A stretch of DNA of 64,000 bases from Octopus sinensis (GCF_006345805.1 NC_043002.1:91698001-91762000), one strand, 5' to 3'. Numbered from the stretch's first letter, positions 26,160 to 40,738 are shown. Notes: a model not told the origin generated them from the sequence alone. Made by a program: numbers and translations.

Positions 26160-26485
26160 TCAAAGCTGATGAACCAGATTTTGTTGTAAAAAACCAAAGC
26201 AATAAAATCTGTTTATTGATTAACATTAGGATACCTTGTAACCATATCTCGGCAAAAGAATTTGATAAGCTCAGAAAATATAAAGAACTGCTAATTGAAA
26301 TCGAGGAAATGTGGCATCTCAAGACAGTTCCAATACCAGTGATTGTAGGAGTATTTAAGGTGATAAAGAAGGGAACTGAAAATTATTTGAGGATGATTCC
26401 TAGCTTACTATCCATGCAGAAATTGTGCAAAAATTTGTCTTAACTGGTACGTTACACATATTGAGAAGCGCATTGTCGCTGTGAA
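26155..26485 (+). mobile_element. 3' fragment of R4/Dong-like RLE LINE
   Basis: LLINIRIPCNHISAKEFDKLRKYKELLIEIEEMWHLKTVPIPVIVGVFKVIKKGTENYL, an RLE C-terminal motif (KE.EK..KY.DL..EI..MW). Confidence 0.8.
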
Positions 26486-26697
26486 TTTTCTTTCCTTTTC
26501 CGTTTTATTTTCTTTGCGTTTTCATTTTTTCCTTCTTTCCTCTGCCATTCTTCCCTTTTTCTTCCTATCACATGACTTGATAAATGAACGGTTTGCTGTA
26601 TTTATTTTAACGGCCTACGAATGTTTTCAATGAACTTCCTTGCCCTAGGTTTTGGATAGACGCTCGGTAAGGAGTTGAAACAAAATTGAAAGAAGAA

Positions 26698-26765
<68 letters not shown>

Positions 26766-26772
26766 TGATAAC

Positions 26773-26842
<70 letters not shown>

Positions 26843-26844
<2 letters not shown>

Positions 26845-27059
26845 CCTTTCTACTAAAAGCACAAGACCTGAAATTTTGGGGAGAGGGTGATAATCGATCA
26901 CATCTACTCTAGTACTTGACTGGTACATAATTTATCGATCTCTAAAGGACGAAAGGTGAAGTTGACATCGGCGGAATTTGAACCTGGAACGTAGCAGCAA
27001 ACGAAATGCCACTATGTATTTCGCCCGGCGTGCTAACGATTCAGCTAGATCACCGCCTT
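26843..27059 (-). mobile_element. SINE family C
   Basis: Homologous to the other family C copies; (TTA)n tail at 26700-26843. Confidence 0.75.
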
Positions 27060-27080
27060 AAAAATAGATAAATGTTAATA

Positions 27081-27302
27081 ATCCTTTCAACTGGAAGAAC
27101 AAGGCTTCAAATTTGAGGGGGGGGGGAAGGGAGTAAGTCGATTACAGCGACACCTGTACGCAACTGTTACTTAATTTATCCACCCTGAAATGTTGAAAGG
27201 CAAAATTGACTTCGGTGGAATTTGAACTCAGAACGTAGCAGCAGACGAAATACTGCTAAGCATTTCGCCCGGAGTGCTAACGATTCTGCCAGCTCGCCAC
27301 CT
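27081..27302 (-). mobile_element. SINE family C
   Basis: GGTGGCGAGCTGGCAGAATCGTTAGC head on the minus strand. Confidence 0.8.
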
Positions 27303-27336
27303 TTGTATAATAATAGTAATAATAATAATAATAATA

Positions 27337-27424
<88 letters not shown>

Positions 27425-27426
<2 letters not shown>

Positions 27427-27615
27427 GACCCCGAAAGGATGAAAGGCAAAGTTGACCTCGGAGTTCAGATTCAGCCGAGGTCAACTTTGCCTTTCATCCT
27501 TTCGGGGTCGATAAATTAAGTACCAGATACGCACTGGGGTCGATATAATCGACTTAATCCGTTTGTCTGTCCTTGTTTGTCCTCTCTGTGTTTAGCCCCT
27601 TGTGGGTAGTAAAAA
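27425..27615 (+). mobile_element. SINE family C fragment with 5' foldback inversion
   Basis: Perfect 37-bp arms at 27425-27461 and 27475-27511, then the normal SINE body. Confidence 0.8.
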
Positions 27616-27616
27616 A

Positions 27617-27617
<1 letters not shown>

Positions 27618-27676
<59 letters not shown>

Positions 27677-27708
27677 TATTATTATTATTATTATTATTAT
27701 ATTATTAC

Positions 27709-27770
<62 letters not shown>

Positions 27771-27776
27771 TATTAC

Positions 27777-27829
<53 letters not shown>

Positions 27830-27838
27830 TATTATTAC

Positions 27839-27885
<47 letters not shown>

Positions 27886-27957
27886 TATTATTATATTATT
27901 ATTATTATATTATATTATTATTATTTATTATTATTATATTATTATTATTATTATTAC

Positions 27958-28020
<63 letters not shown>

Positions 28021-28029
28021 TACTATTAC

Positions 28030-28095
<66 letters not shown>
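27618..28095. repeat. ~480-bp (ATT)n microsatellite
   Basis: Direct inspection. Confidence 0.95.
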
Positions 28096-28266
28096 ATATC
28101 ATATTTTGGCAAAAGGATGAAAGGCAAATGAGACCTTGGCAAGATTTAAATTCAGAACGTAAAGCCGAAGGAAATGTTGCTGAGTAGTTTATTGGTCGTA
28201 TTAAAGATTATATCTGCTCATCGCTTTAACAACCACCACAACAACAGTGCACTGTTTTCATATGAT

Positions 28267-28668
28267 AACTAGCAGTATCGCCCGGCGTCGCTCGGGTTTG
28301 TAAGGGAAATAACTATATAAGCATTTTTAGAGAGTTATAGCCAAGAAATAGCAAAAAATGCATTAAAAATGGGAAAAAAAATGATGGTAAACTCTTTTTT
28401 TTAATCGTTGACTCATCGTAGACATTTTTAGAGAGTTACTTCCCTTATATAATAGCGAAAAAATGCATTAAAATGGAAAAAAATGATGGTAAATTTTTTT
28501 TTAAATCGTTGACTCATCGTAGACGCGCGCTCATACCCAGAAGGGCTCGATATGAATCCCGACTATAAGATACCCGGTTTTGGTTAAACTGCACCGCAAA
28601 ATGTGGGAGTAGTTAGGAATCTAAATCGTAGGAGACAGACACACAACTTGACTTTTATATATAAAGAT
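28267..28668 (+). mobile_element. Non-autonomous Helitron/Helentron-like element
   Basis: 5' ACTAGCAGTATCGCCCGGCGTCGCTCGGG (CCCG/CGGG hairpin), an internal ~100-bp duplication, and 3' ACAGACACAC...TTTTATATATAAAGAT. Confidence 0.7.
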
Positions 28669-29419
28669 GTATTACGTCGTATTAGAGAAGGTTCTTCTGT
28701 GTTATGCTCGTTGTTCCATGCGCGTTGTTCCATTAATTTATTTATATATAGACATGTAAATTTAAACGATGCGGTCAATAGAATATTTGAAAACTTAATT
28801 AAATTTTTGTGTAGTCATTGTTTTCACACATCCAACATAATATCGTGAACAACCAACGAGAAACATATGACTAGCCAACACTCTAAAAAAATATGTCAAC
28901 AATAGGCGGGAAAAAAAGATGAAAATAAAGCCTACAAACATTATAAAGGCTGTTTAAAACATTGACTAAATAAAAACAATGTGTAAACAATATCCTTCTT
29001 ATTCTGTCGTAGTCGCTGAACAAAACTTTATTAAATTACTTAACATTTTGTGCTTATTTCCATAATTTTCTATGCTTATTCAGTGTAAGGGAAGTTCTGC
29101 GTTTTACGTGTGGATGTATGTAAAAAATCTGAGTGTTATTTGTTACTTGTACGTGTTCAATTGTTTTTTTCATATTTGGGCGTATATATGGATACTTTGT
29201 CGCCGCATACGCCTGTATAATGAATAACGCTGTGTAACGAAATTTAATTTCTTTTGTCTTGGGTCAGTAAGTGTTATTTCCTATTTGCTTCTATCTAGAA
29301 ATGAAAAGAAATTACTAGTATTCCCTTTAAACTTTGCTTTTAGGACCTGGACATAAATGATTTGAAACTCACCTATTTTCCATTACATTTCAAACAGATT
29401 CAGCACTGAGTTGCTGAGG

Positions 29420-29590
29420 CAAAAATATCGTCATGTCAAATATTCTGTTCAATACCACAGATTTGCTTGTCAGTTGCTTGGCCTTAACCCCCTCGTGGTT
29501 GATAACATGTGCACCTCTAATTATGAGTAGGAGTAGTGGGGGAGCATCATAGCCATGTGTTGGGAGGGATTCTTTGGAGATTGAATAAAT
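29420..29590 (+). mobile_element. Family D repeat, internal fragment
   Basis: CAATACCACAGATTTGCTTGTCAG...GGGGGAGCATCATAGCCATGTGTTG. Confidence 0.65.
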
Positions 29591-30874
29591 GTAACAAAAG
29601 CAAAGTTTGAAGGAGATATTGGCCAGTTTTCCTACATTCTAGAGTTAAGCAAATAGGATATAACAGTTGCTAACCGAGGACAAAAATTGTGTTACGCAAT
29701 GTTATTATTGATACATATAGTAATAATACTGTATTAATAGACATGGTAACGTTTGTTGTTGTTGTTGTTGTTGTTGTTAAAGGTGGTGGCGGCGTTTGTT
29801 ATAAAAGGCTGCCTGTAACACTGTTTCGGAAAAGCGGTGCGTTCTTCCACGTTAACTGGATGTGTAAAAACCTATTTTGTTTTACTGAAGATATTTGGAG
29901 TAACGTTCCATTCCTTCAGGTTGGGAAAAAGGTTGACTACTTTTAGATTTTACATTTTTGAAACATTATTTACTAGTAATTCAGTATTATCAATCCTGAT
30001 AGAGCGAGGAGTACTAGCTACCAAACAAGCTATCAACAAATTCGATTACTAAAGCATAAATATATTTTGATGTAAGTATATTAATCGCTGGTATATTTTG
30101 TCAACGACAAATAACTCCTGCTTTTAGACATTTGATTCGTTCATGTATGTGGAGTGCAAGAATTTTAAACATGAACTGTTGTGAACTCAAATTGTCTGAA
30201 AGAAGTTGAAGCACTTGGATTAATTTAATTGACATCACCCACAGCTTCAAATGTTTGATGTTGAATCTAAGTTTTAAATCGTTTTTATACGTACAATTGA
30301 CAACGTGCCTTATAGGCTCGATAACATTGGTCGTAGTGAAGTCGTGGGCGAGGTTTATATCATTGACTGTGCACCTAACAGAAATACATCTAAGTTAGGA
30401 GTTTTAACAGTAAAACAATGCAGAAACAATTTAAACACAATGAATACAGCAAAACAAAGCTTGGTAAAAGCAAATATATGATAAAAAATATATTATATGA
30501 ACTACATGTACCATAGTTATTTAATCGATGAACACAATATCAAAAAAACTCATAAAACAGAGAGCACATAAAATAGACTCAATTATGTTGACATTAATAA
30601 TATATTACAAAAACACCTAAATGGAAGAAAAAACAGCGACATTAACAATATATTGCCTGAAGTCACTGGGCAAAATTCAGAAGACTAATTTAATTTAGAA
30701 ATTTGTAAACTTTATCGTTCTACCTATTACGCCAGACATTCAAGTATTACGCATACTTGTCGACTGACCTTGCATCTACAACATTAATTCATTGAACGCT
30801 TTATGTTACACAACACAATACATCGCTCAGTTTAGTGCTCACCTTGTTGTTTGGTGTTTTTAGTGGAATAGACT

Positions 30875-30911
<37 letters not shown>

Positions 30912-30919
30912 CTGTTCCT

Positions 30920-31199
30920 TCTCGAGCCATGTCTGGCTCATAAGGGCCGGTTTCCCGGTTTCCTTGGCGTATAGGTTCCCCACCTGGACAGGACGCCGGT
31001 CCGTCGCAGGTGATCTGCAAGATGCAGGAGGAAAGAGGGAGAGAAAGTTGTGGCGAAAGAGTCAGCAGAAGTTCGCCATTATCTTCTGCCGGAGCTGCGT
31101 GGAGCTTAGGTGTTTTCGCTCATAAACACACACATCGCCCGGTCTGAGATTCGAACCCGCGAGTCCGCTGCTCTAACCACTAGGCCATGTGCCTCCACA
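30920..31199 (-). mobile_element. tRNA-derived SINE, family A variant
   Basis: Minus strand TGTGGAGGCACATGGCCTAGTGGTTAGAGCAGCGGACTCGCGG-GTTCGAATC head, part of the family A body, then a different 3' tail. Confidence 0.8.
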
Positions 31200-32199
31200 A
31201 TAGACTCAGTTAGAAACACTTCAGTCAGGTCCTCAGTCTAAATGTAGTTTCTGTCCATCATCATCCTCATCACCGTCACCGTCACCATCATCATCATCAT
31301 CTGCAGCAGCAGCATATTAGAGGAGATGTTTTCTTTTTCTTTTTGATAATATGTTTCCCGTTATTCTCATGCGCTGAAGGTTTTTTTTAATAATTTTTAA
31401 TCGAGTTAGGAGTTGTTAGCAGTTTTGTTGACGCCATGTCTTCTAACAGTGGTATTTCTCAGAACACTGCCGATTCTTTTTTGTCCTATTAAGTTGCAAG
31501 CGAGCCGACTTGTTTTCTTAGCAGCAATGTTTTGTTGGTGACATCTGCAGACGACCAAGTATCATCTGACGCCCTGTGCCTGAGTTTTCGTCTATAACAT
31601 GACTGTAATCACATTTTATGTAGCATCGTTCCAATATTATGTTTATGATTTAAATAAAGAAGAGAGAAAAATAAAACAGAATAAATAAATCTGCAAATAA
31701 AAGTTGTTTCATCTCAGATAACAACAAGACAAATCAATGTAAAATCTGAGACGAAGACAAGCCGGCAGTGAAAATGTATAATTATTTTTGATCTTCTTTC
31801 CGTTTGTTTTCAATATTTCAACTAAAAGCTGTAAGGAAAGCGGTAGATATGCTGAAATACCGAGACTGTGCTTCCTTAGCGACTTTATTTCATTGGATTT
31901 TTCTCATTATTGCATTATAAACATCTTAGTGATAGGCAGTATCAGCAGAGCAGTAGACATTGCAGTAATTAGTTCATTGTTTTTTTTTTTAATGTTTTGA
32001 TTTTGAATCTTCCAGACGTTAGCTTTACTTTTGTCTTCTTCCATGACAAGCTTATGCTCCTGGAATCTCTAAAATAGGTAGGATGCATGCATATTTGTAT
32101 GTATGTATCATATAAGCAGCCATAGGTTTCGCTTCTAATGCTTGCTGTTGTCCGTTGTCCTATCTTTTCCTTTGTTATTATTCTTTCTCCTTCTTGGCA

Positions 32200-32560
32200 T
32201 AGGACATCAAATTGCATTGATTGCCCTACGTATAAAAAGAAAGCTTTTTATACTGCACCACCAATTCGAATGTCTTTCTTCCTGCTTCCATAATAGTAAG
32301 CCATACCGGGATAGTAGTATGGTTTTCTAAGTACATCAAGGCCTACATGTCAATGCCGACCCCCACTGAAGCGCATGATGTTCTACGTGACCTTTATCAT
32401 TACCACCTACTGGTACTGAACCGCAAAGGTGATGATAAGAGCCTGACAATGATCTTCTGCACGATGTCCCTGGCTGTTATCCTTGTCTTTTGCCTGCCGA
32501 TATATTACAACGCCACCCAGTGACATGTTATGTGGTGCATTGGCTTCTCCTGTTTTCCTG
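32200..32560 (-). mobile_element. Possible decayed LINE endonuclease-region fragment
   Basis: Minus frames KTRITARDIVQKI and YLENHTTIPVWLTIMEAGK resemble APE-region segments of non-LTR elements. Heavily degraded. Confidence 0.3.
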
Positions 32561-33286
32561 CTATGTCCTCAATCTAAAAACTTGGTGATGCACTTTGATA
32601 TACCTTGCCCTAATTGATGGAACACATCCCGTGCCATGCACTCACTGTGGATTAATTTAACTGCTTCTTCGAAAGTATATAGAAGCGCCTCGCTTTTTTT
32701 ACAAAATACAAAAATATGTTACTTCCTACTTGTCTTTCCTGGAGCATTCTTCGAACATGGAGAGGTACTGTCATTTGCAATATACCTTTTCCATGTTTTC
32801 ATTTCTTGCAGTTATTGATTCATGTTCTATATTTCTAAGAATGTACTACTTGCTATTGTTGAAGCTTTCTCTATTACAATACTTCCGTTGCTTGCTTCTT
32901 TCACAAGTACCTGTTAAAGATTAAATGTCCATATCTACAGCTGTGTCCGTTCGTTCAATTGTCATAAATATTCTGTTTATCTTTTTTTTTTGTAAAAATC
33001 TGCATTTTTCGTTTCCTTTTCGTGACATACATAAAGAACAGCGAAAATCAAAACAATAACATACATACTCATTTTTAACACCTTCCAGCAGATTCCCATG
33101 CTTAGTTCTGGAACATTCGGAAGTATAAAAGATAAAATCAACCTCCATAAAATTTGATTCCGAATCCGAAAAAGATGAACCGCCTAGGGGAATTTTGCCG
33201 GATTTGAACACAAAACAGAAAGGGACACAACTAAATGCTGCAATATATTATTATTATTATTATTATATTATTATTATTATTATTAT

Positions 33287-33339
<53 letters not shown>

Positions 33340-33377
33340 TTGTTATTATTATTATTATTGTGGTGGTGGTGGTGGTA

Positions 33378-33810
33378 AGCTGGCACAATCGTTAGCATGC
33401 CGAGCAAAATGCTTAGCGGCATTTCTTCAGTCTTCATGTTCTGAGTTCAAATTTCCTCGTGGTCGTCTTTCATCCTTTCGTGATCGATAAATTAAGTACC
33501 AGCTGATCACTGGTTCCGATGTAATCGATTGAGCTCCTCCCCCGAAATTACCGGCCTTGTGCCAAAATTTGAAATCATCATCGTTACTATTAAGGCGGCG
33601 AACAGAGAGAACCTTTAGCACGCCGGACATAATGCTTTTGCGGCATTTCGTCCTGTCTTACGTTCTGAGTTCAAATTCCACCGAGGTCAACTTAGCCTTT
33701 CATCCTTTCAGGATCGATGAGATAAGTACCGGTTAGGCACTAGGGTCGATGTAATCAGCTTACTCCTTCCCCCAAATTACTGGCCTTGTGCCAAAATTTC
33801 AAACCAGTAT
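33378..33810 (+). mobile_element. Two adjacent SINE family C copies (33378-33575, 33592-33810)
   Basis: Each has the CTTTCATCCTTTC..GATCGAT..AAGTACC central domain and a GGCCTTGTGCCAAAATTT 3' part. Confidence 0.8.
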
Positions 33811-34038
33811 TAAAATATTGGCATATATTATATATTTTAGGCATACATTAAGATTCACTTGAATCACGGAAATATAGAAACCATTGTATGCTGTAACTGT
33901 ATACTAAAGCCACCTACGCTATATCTCTACTGAACTATTATACTTTTGAAAAGAAACTAATATCGGCTTGAATCATAGAAATATAGGAGCCATCGTATGC
34001 AATACTCTGTAACATTCCTATTGTGTTGTAGTACTAAT

Positions 34039-34410
34039 GGCGAGCTGGCAGAGTCGTTAGAACGCCGGGCGAAATGCTTAGCAGTATTTTGTCTGCCGCT
34101 ACGTTCTGAGTTCAGATTCTGCCGAGGTCGAATTTGCCTTTCATCCTTTCGGGGTCGATTAAATAAGTACCAGTTACGCACTGGGGTCGATATAATCGAC
34201 TTAATCCGTTTGTCTGTTCTTGTTTGTCCTCTCTGTGTTTAGCCTCTTGTGGGTATTAAAGAAATAGGTATTTCGTCTGCCGCTACGTTCTGAGTTCAGA
34301 TTCCGCCGAGGTCGACTTTGCCTTTCATCCTTTCGGGGGTCGATAAATTAAGTACCAGTTGCATAGTCTGACACCCTTCCCAAAAATGTCGGGCCTCATG
34401 CCTAGAGTAG
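34039..34410 (+). mobile_element. SINE family C with internally re-initiated (dimeric) structure
   Basis: GGCGAGCTGGCAGAGTCGTTAG head. The segment GCCGCTACGTTCTGAG...AAGTACCAGTT occurs twice. Confidence 0.85.
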
Positions 34411-35052
34411 AAAAGAATATGTACTAAAGCTCACTACACTATGTCTCCTGAGCTTGTATTGTATAGTACTCAAGAAATCATTACAATATTTCTGAATTAT
34501 CGCAGTTTATAATTTTTATATTTTACTTGTTTCAGTTATTGGACTACAGCCAAGCTGGAGGATCTCTTTGAACGGTGAAATAGAAAAACCCAAACTGAAT
34601 ACTTATTTGAAGTCTAGCACTCATGAAATCGTTCTCTTTGGCTGAGCTACTAAACTGAGGAAACGAAAATAAACCAACGCCGGTTGTCAAGCCGTAGGAG
34701 AGACCAGCAGAAACACAAAGACGCACACGTACATATGAACATATATCTTCATACACGAGACGGTCTGAAATGTTCTTAGCTTTGAGTAAAAGAAAATACA
34801 GGAGAATCAGTTAATTATGATTTTATTCAACATATCCACCTCTCAGATTCACACACTTATTGCAGTAGGACTTCGGTTTTTTAGGTCCTGTAAAAAGAAC
34901 GCGGAAGGTTGGGCCTCCAAACAGGACTTTCATAATAAGCCAGGAACCCTTCAGCACACCCTGATGTATGTATATATATATATACCCACACACACTCACA
35001 CATACATATATATGGCTAAGATAAAGGTTTAATATCTACTCTTAACAGTTTA

Positions 35053-35085
<33 letters not shown>

Positions 35086-35141
35086 ATATATATATCGATA
35101 GGTGAATGAATTATCCTACGTTTACCGTCAACATGGAAAAT

Positions 35142-35178
<37 letters not shown>

Positions 35179-36434
35179 GAAAAGCTTCTGCACAGTTTCC
35201 ATCTACCAAGGAATTATTACGTTCGGGGTTATAGGAGAAATCACCCTTTCAAGATGCCACGCCGTGGGACAGAGCCTGAAATCCCGTGGTTGCAAAGCGA
35301 GCTTCCTAACCACACAGCCATGTCTACATAACACCTGGTTATTTCATTTAGCTTTTTACCAGAAAACTGTTTGAAATTAACATCAACAACAGCGGAAGAA
35401 ACAACAGCATTAATAAGAGCAGTAGGAAGGTGTTCATTAAATGAGGTCATTAAGGAAATAATTGGAAGTCTTAACTTTCAATTGTTTCCTCTAAAAAATC
35501 CGATAAACCAATTGGCAAGCCAGTAAATGGCTGAGGCTTCAGCTGGCAATTCTTCTGATGGGAATTCTTAATTGCCATTCCGAAATGATTTAATTCAGTT
35601 ATATTTCGACAGCAATTTTAGGAATTTAGTATACTATCTATATTCTACAGGGAATCAGGAATTCATTTTTTTCCCTTGCATATTACTCGACTTAAAAATT
35701 TAAGTCTACGTTCTGTTAAGGTTACTATTTACTTCCAGACCCCCTATATTAATCTTAAGTACCTTCGATGTCTACTTTGTGTGTTAGTCTTTAATCAGAA
35801 TAAACCAGTAATAATCATGTGCCAGGCAGCCTAGAATACTACCTCAAATGTTATCTGGAAACGGAAGTAAAATGTGCCTGGGTTTACAGAACCTGAGTCA
35901 TATGAGATAATCAAGGTAAACTTGGAATTGTCTATGTCATCCATGCTGTTTCCATGATGGAATCCATTAAACAATATTGGTTTATTTCATTTAAAACAAG
36001 AACACCCGCGTAGTTTGAAAAGGTCATTTATTTCCCAAAGCCCCCAATAATAACTATTCCGTTTATTTGGCAACGTATATATTGCTGTTAGCTTATCTTT
36101 ATGAAAACACATTGATAACTGCACATGTGTGTATAAATAAAATACACACAATCGATAATAACATATCTACCGTCCCATTTACTGTACGTTGTGGTGAAGA
36201 AACATTATTGATCTCCTTCGACTAGTCGGAAGACCTCCAGTTTGTAGAGGATGAGTACCGTAATGCTAATATGGCTATATTCATTTTTCTTTCTTGTGAC
36301 ATTAATGTTTGTAAATAAAGTAAAATGACTTGCACTGGAAATCGAAAGCGGAATGAAAAACTGAGTTGAGTAGAAATCTACCAAAGTCTTTTTAAAAAAA
36401 GGAATAATAATAATAATAATATTAATAATAATAA

Positions 36435-36990
36435 ATACCCTGATGCAGTACCAGGCAGTGGCTCTCATGGCTTCTGATCTTAACTGATTGGAAGTGTTAT
36501 CATGTACATTGTTTTGTCTTGGTATAAAAGATGGGCTACAGCAAATACTCTGCTCGATACCACAGATTTACTTGTCAGTTGTTTGACCGTAACCAGTTGA
36601 GCATGTTCCTTAGTGGCTGACGATATGTGCATCTCTGATCATGAGCAGAAGTAGTGGGGGAGCATCATAGCCATGTGTTGAGAGGGGTTCTTTGGGGTTT
36701 GATTAATTTACCTCTGGAAACATGGATGGTTTTTTCAACATCTTTAAACAACCCTTATTCAGGGACCTTTTGAGCGGGATGGGCTACTCAACCTGAAGAA
36801 TATTCTAACTGGGCCCCACCTGCAAGGTCATGTGCTGTTTATCTTGATATGAGATCACCATGTCGCGCACATATGGTTGTGATGCATGTGCCTGGTGTGC
36901 CCTTATCAGACGGGTAGTCATGATGGGTATATTGGGCTTCGTATATTTTACCCCAGTGTCACTTTGATGGCATGAACTGCTCTCTCACTC
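36435..36990 (+). mobile_element. Family D repeat, full length, (AAT)n tail
   Basis: Reverse complement of 22144-22699. Confidence 0.8.
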
Positions 36991-37023
<33 letters not shown>

Positions 37024-37044
<21 letters not shown>

Positions 37045-37259
37045 CCTTTCTACTAAAAGCACAAGGCCTGAAATTTGTGGGGAAGGGACTAGTCGATTAC
37101 ATCGACCCCAGTGTTTCACTGGTACTTAATTTATCGATTCCGAAAGGATGAAAGGCAAAGTCGATCACGGCGGAATTTGAACTCAGAATATAACAAATGG
37201 AAGAAATCCTGCAAAGCATTTTGCCCAGTCTGTTAACGATTCTGCCAGCTCGCCACCTT
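37024..37259 (-). mobile_element. SINE family C
   Basis: Homologous to the other family C copies. Confidence 0.8.
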
Positions 37260-37426
37260 AATGATAATAATTATAATCATTTCTAATATAGGCATAATGC
37301 CTCAAATTTGGGGGAGGGGGATAGTCGATTACATCGACCCCAATAATGGACTGGTACTTAATTTATCGCCCCCCAAAACAGGAAAGCTTAATCATAATTA
37401 TGATAATAATAATAATAATAATAATG

Positions 37427-37511
<85 letters not shown>

Positions 37512-37876
37512 CGGTATTCGTCTGTTTTTACGTTCTGTGTTCATATTGCACCGAGGTCGATTTTGCTTTCCATACTTTCTGAGTCGATAAAATGAGTACC
37601 AGACAAATTCTGCGGGTCAATGTCATCCGCTAGGCCTCTCCCTCGTAATATCAGATCTTGTGTTTATAGTGGAAGGGCTATATGTAGAAAACTGTGTTAG
37701 CTTATATATTTCCCAATACTGAATTTAGCTGTTCTTTTTCAAAGTACTGGAATATAGTCACATAATACCCACTTCGAACTAGTTAAAATGGTAAGACTCA
37801 TGTAAATTCCAGGTTTTGTTATTTTTTCTTATTTTGTTGTTAAAGTATAAATCTTTATAATATTATGTCATCATTT

Positions 37877-37923
<47 letters not shown>

Positions 37924-38052
37924 TTGTATATATGTATATATGTATATATATATATACATAAGAGAATAAATGTATAGCAAATGCACAAACGAATAACGGG
38001 CACAGAATGGTATTTTAAAAAACGTATAATAAATGCACAGATATATATATAA

Positions 38053-38316
38053 CTGGTTAGCGAAGCGGACTCGTGGTCGTAGGATCGCGGTTTCGATTCC
38101 CAAATCGGGCGTTATGAGTGTTTATTGACCGAAAACACCTAAAAATCCACGAGGTTCCGGCAGGGGGGGGGGCTTCCTTGCTGTACTCCTTCTTCTGTTG
38201 GCCTGCTCGTTTAGCCAGCGGGTTGGCGTCATTTGAAGGCTAAAACAATGCGAAGCGCATTGTGACCAACGATGTGTAGCAGCATCTGATAGCCTGGTCG
38301 GTCGGTCACATGACGT
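38053..38316 (+). mobile_element. tRNA-derived SINE, family A (internal deletion)
   Basis: Homologous to 4289-4600. Confidence 0.8.
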
Positions 38317-38324
38317 GATATATA

Positions 38325-38365
<41 letters not shown>

Positions 38366-38465
38366 CAACAAGGATATTCAGAGGTAATGCTGTACGATCG
38401 ATTCATGCAACTCCATTTAATTGAACAATGCAATCATTACATCAAATTAAAATGCACAAATACAC

Positions 38466-38511
<46 letters not shown>

Positions 38512-38583
38512 GTAATAATAATGCTGAACTCATCCCCCATACACAAAATAGATAGATAGATACGCAGACAGACAGACAGATAC

Positions 38584-38693
<110 letters not shown>

Positions 38694-38789
38694 GGATAGA
38701 TAGATAGATATTGATCTGGAGACGTGATTGATATTAAGAAATCCTTCAGATTTGGGTAGCTTATTATGTTGGTAACATGATTAAATAAA

Positions 38790-39000
38790 TGGCGGCGAAG
38801 TGGCAGAATTGTTAGCCTCGCTGGGAAGAATGTTTAGCGGCATTTCGTCAGTCTTTACGTTCCGAGTTCAAATCCCACCGGGATTGATAATGTTTTCATC
38901 CTTTCGGTTTCAATAAAATAAGTACCAGTCGAGCACTGGCGTTGATGTAACTGATTTACCCCCTCCCCTGAAATTGATGGTCTTGTGCCAAAATTTAAAA
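38790..39000 (+). mobile_element. SINE family C
   Basis: GGCGGCGAAGTGGCAGAATTGTTAGC head and central domain. Confidence 0.75.
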
Positions 39001-40399
39001 TCTACATTATAATTAAGTATATTTCCTCATGGATTTCTTTCCTGCTTTCCACTCTTTCTGGCTCTTTCTACTGTCACATCCCTATTTACTAACATCATCT
39101 TTTCCCAGCATTTCGTTTCTCTGCCTGACTACAATAGATAACAATAACGATCGCATTCGCGAGGAGGTTATATCCGCTCTAAAAAAAAACCCGTAAAATA
39201 CGAACACACATCGTGGCATTGAGAATAATACTTCATCATTCAAGCTTTCTTGTTAAGTACTGCACGTATAGCAAAAGTTTAATTCCGTGTTGAAGATTAT
39301 GCAGCTCCGGTTTCGGTTACTTGTCACAGCAAATAACCTTGGTAATGTCACTGGAGATTTTTTAAACACGACACAAGAGAACTCTTTTGTCTGATACTTT
39401 TTTATCATTGTACCTTATGCAAGACTGAATAACTGGCCAACAGAAAAGAGCGCCAAACTAGTTTATTTACCGTATTTTATGTAGTATACCACGGTTCTGA
39501 ACAGACTCAACTTGTAATACCCACGGCAAAGAATGGATATACATATTTTCAATGTCAAAACTAAACAGTAATCTAGTTTCTTTTTACGTTTTAGATATCC
39601 TTGAGGCACTCTAGAGTTATGTGGAAATAGCAGTTAAGAAGGATTGTTTAAAAGTTCCTCAAATTTGTTCATCTCTTTCCTAGTCCTGATAATTGTCTAA
39701 CAAGAATGTATTTATTTACATGGATTTGGGAAAACTGCAACCGATAATCCAGGTTTTTTTTTAGAGAGGTTTTCATTTGAGTAGTTGACAACATACATCA
39801 ATTTTTTTTTTGTCTTGTATCGCTAACATAAGTTATCAAGATATTGCTTAATGCGTGATTCCGACACGGGGTGCTTACACAGAGGAATCGAATGAGTTAT
39901 TCGGGATTAATCGAACTGGAGAAAATAGAAGAGAAGCATTTAGATTTAGTAAGCACTTAGTGATAGAATATATAGTTTCGGATTAAACAGTAAGTTAGTG
40001 AGTGAGAAAAGATATCACAGGCGACATGCTGGATGTGACAATGGATTTTTACACTAAACACCAAAACTGTGATGTTCTTAATAGTGTATACACTATGGAA
40101 CGAAAGTTTGTAAGCTGTTCGGTGGGATGGGGTAGTTGAAGCTAAACGTAGCAACAAAACGCGCACGAGTTATTCTATCCAAAGAAGGTGCATGCGGTTT
40201 TGATAAACACTTTGGTGAAGGGGTCACTTTGAAGCCTACTTAAATGATTTACTGAAGCCCTTTGCTGCGAAGTAGTCACAGAGTGTACGAAGAGACTGAA
40301 CAAAAAATATATCGCTAGTATAGGAAAAGTTTTATTTTTATTTTTTATTTTTTTCATTTTTCTATAGGCTATATTTCAATATGTCATTCTTCTTCGTCT

Positions 40400-40738
40400 T
40401 CATTTCTGCAGACGAGGTCTGACAGTAAACTAGAAGTATTTCCCATATATGCAAATATATGAGAAACTACCACCTGTATCATCTCTTGTGAAAGGTAGGA
40501 GAGTCCAGTTTGTTGGACATTGTTGTAGAGCTGAAAAACGAAGCAATTTCTACTCTTCTCCTCTGGAAGCCATCTACTCGCGATACCAGAGGGCGCACAG
40601 TCTCCTACCCTGATGTAATCTCCAGGGATACAGGCATCCAGCAACAGAACCTCCGTAATGCTATGATGGACCGTGAAGTCTGGCGTAGCATGGTAAATTC
40701 CATTGTCTCGACCACGGTCGAACAATGATGATGATGAG
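40400..40738 (+). mobile_element. RTE-clade LINE 3' end with (GAT)n tail
   Basis: PPVSSLVKGRRVQFVGHCCRAE, and ORF 40510-40728 STLLLWKPSTRDTRGRTVSYPDVISRDTG...AMMDREVWRSMVNSIVSTTVEQ*, followed by TGATGATGATGA. Confidence 0.8.

Noticed and set aside
35890-35915. Possible 26-nt micro-exon (TTACAG|...ATCAAG|GTAAAC)
   Set aside because: Splice-like dinucleotides alone are expected by chance, the polypyrimidine tract is weak, and no homology or partner exons are recognisable. RNA-seq would be needed.
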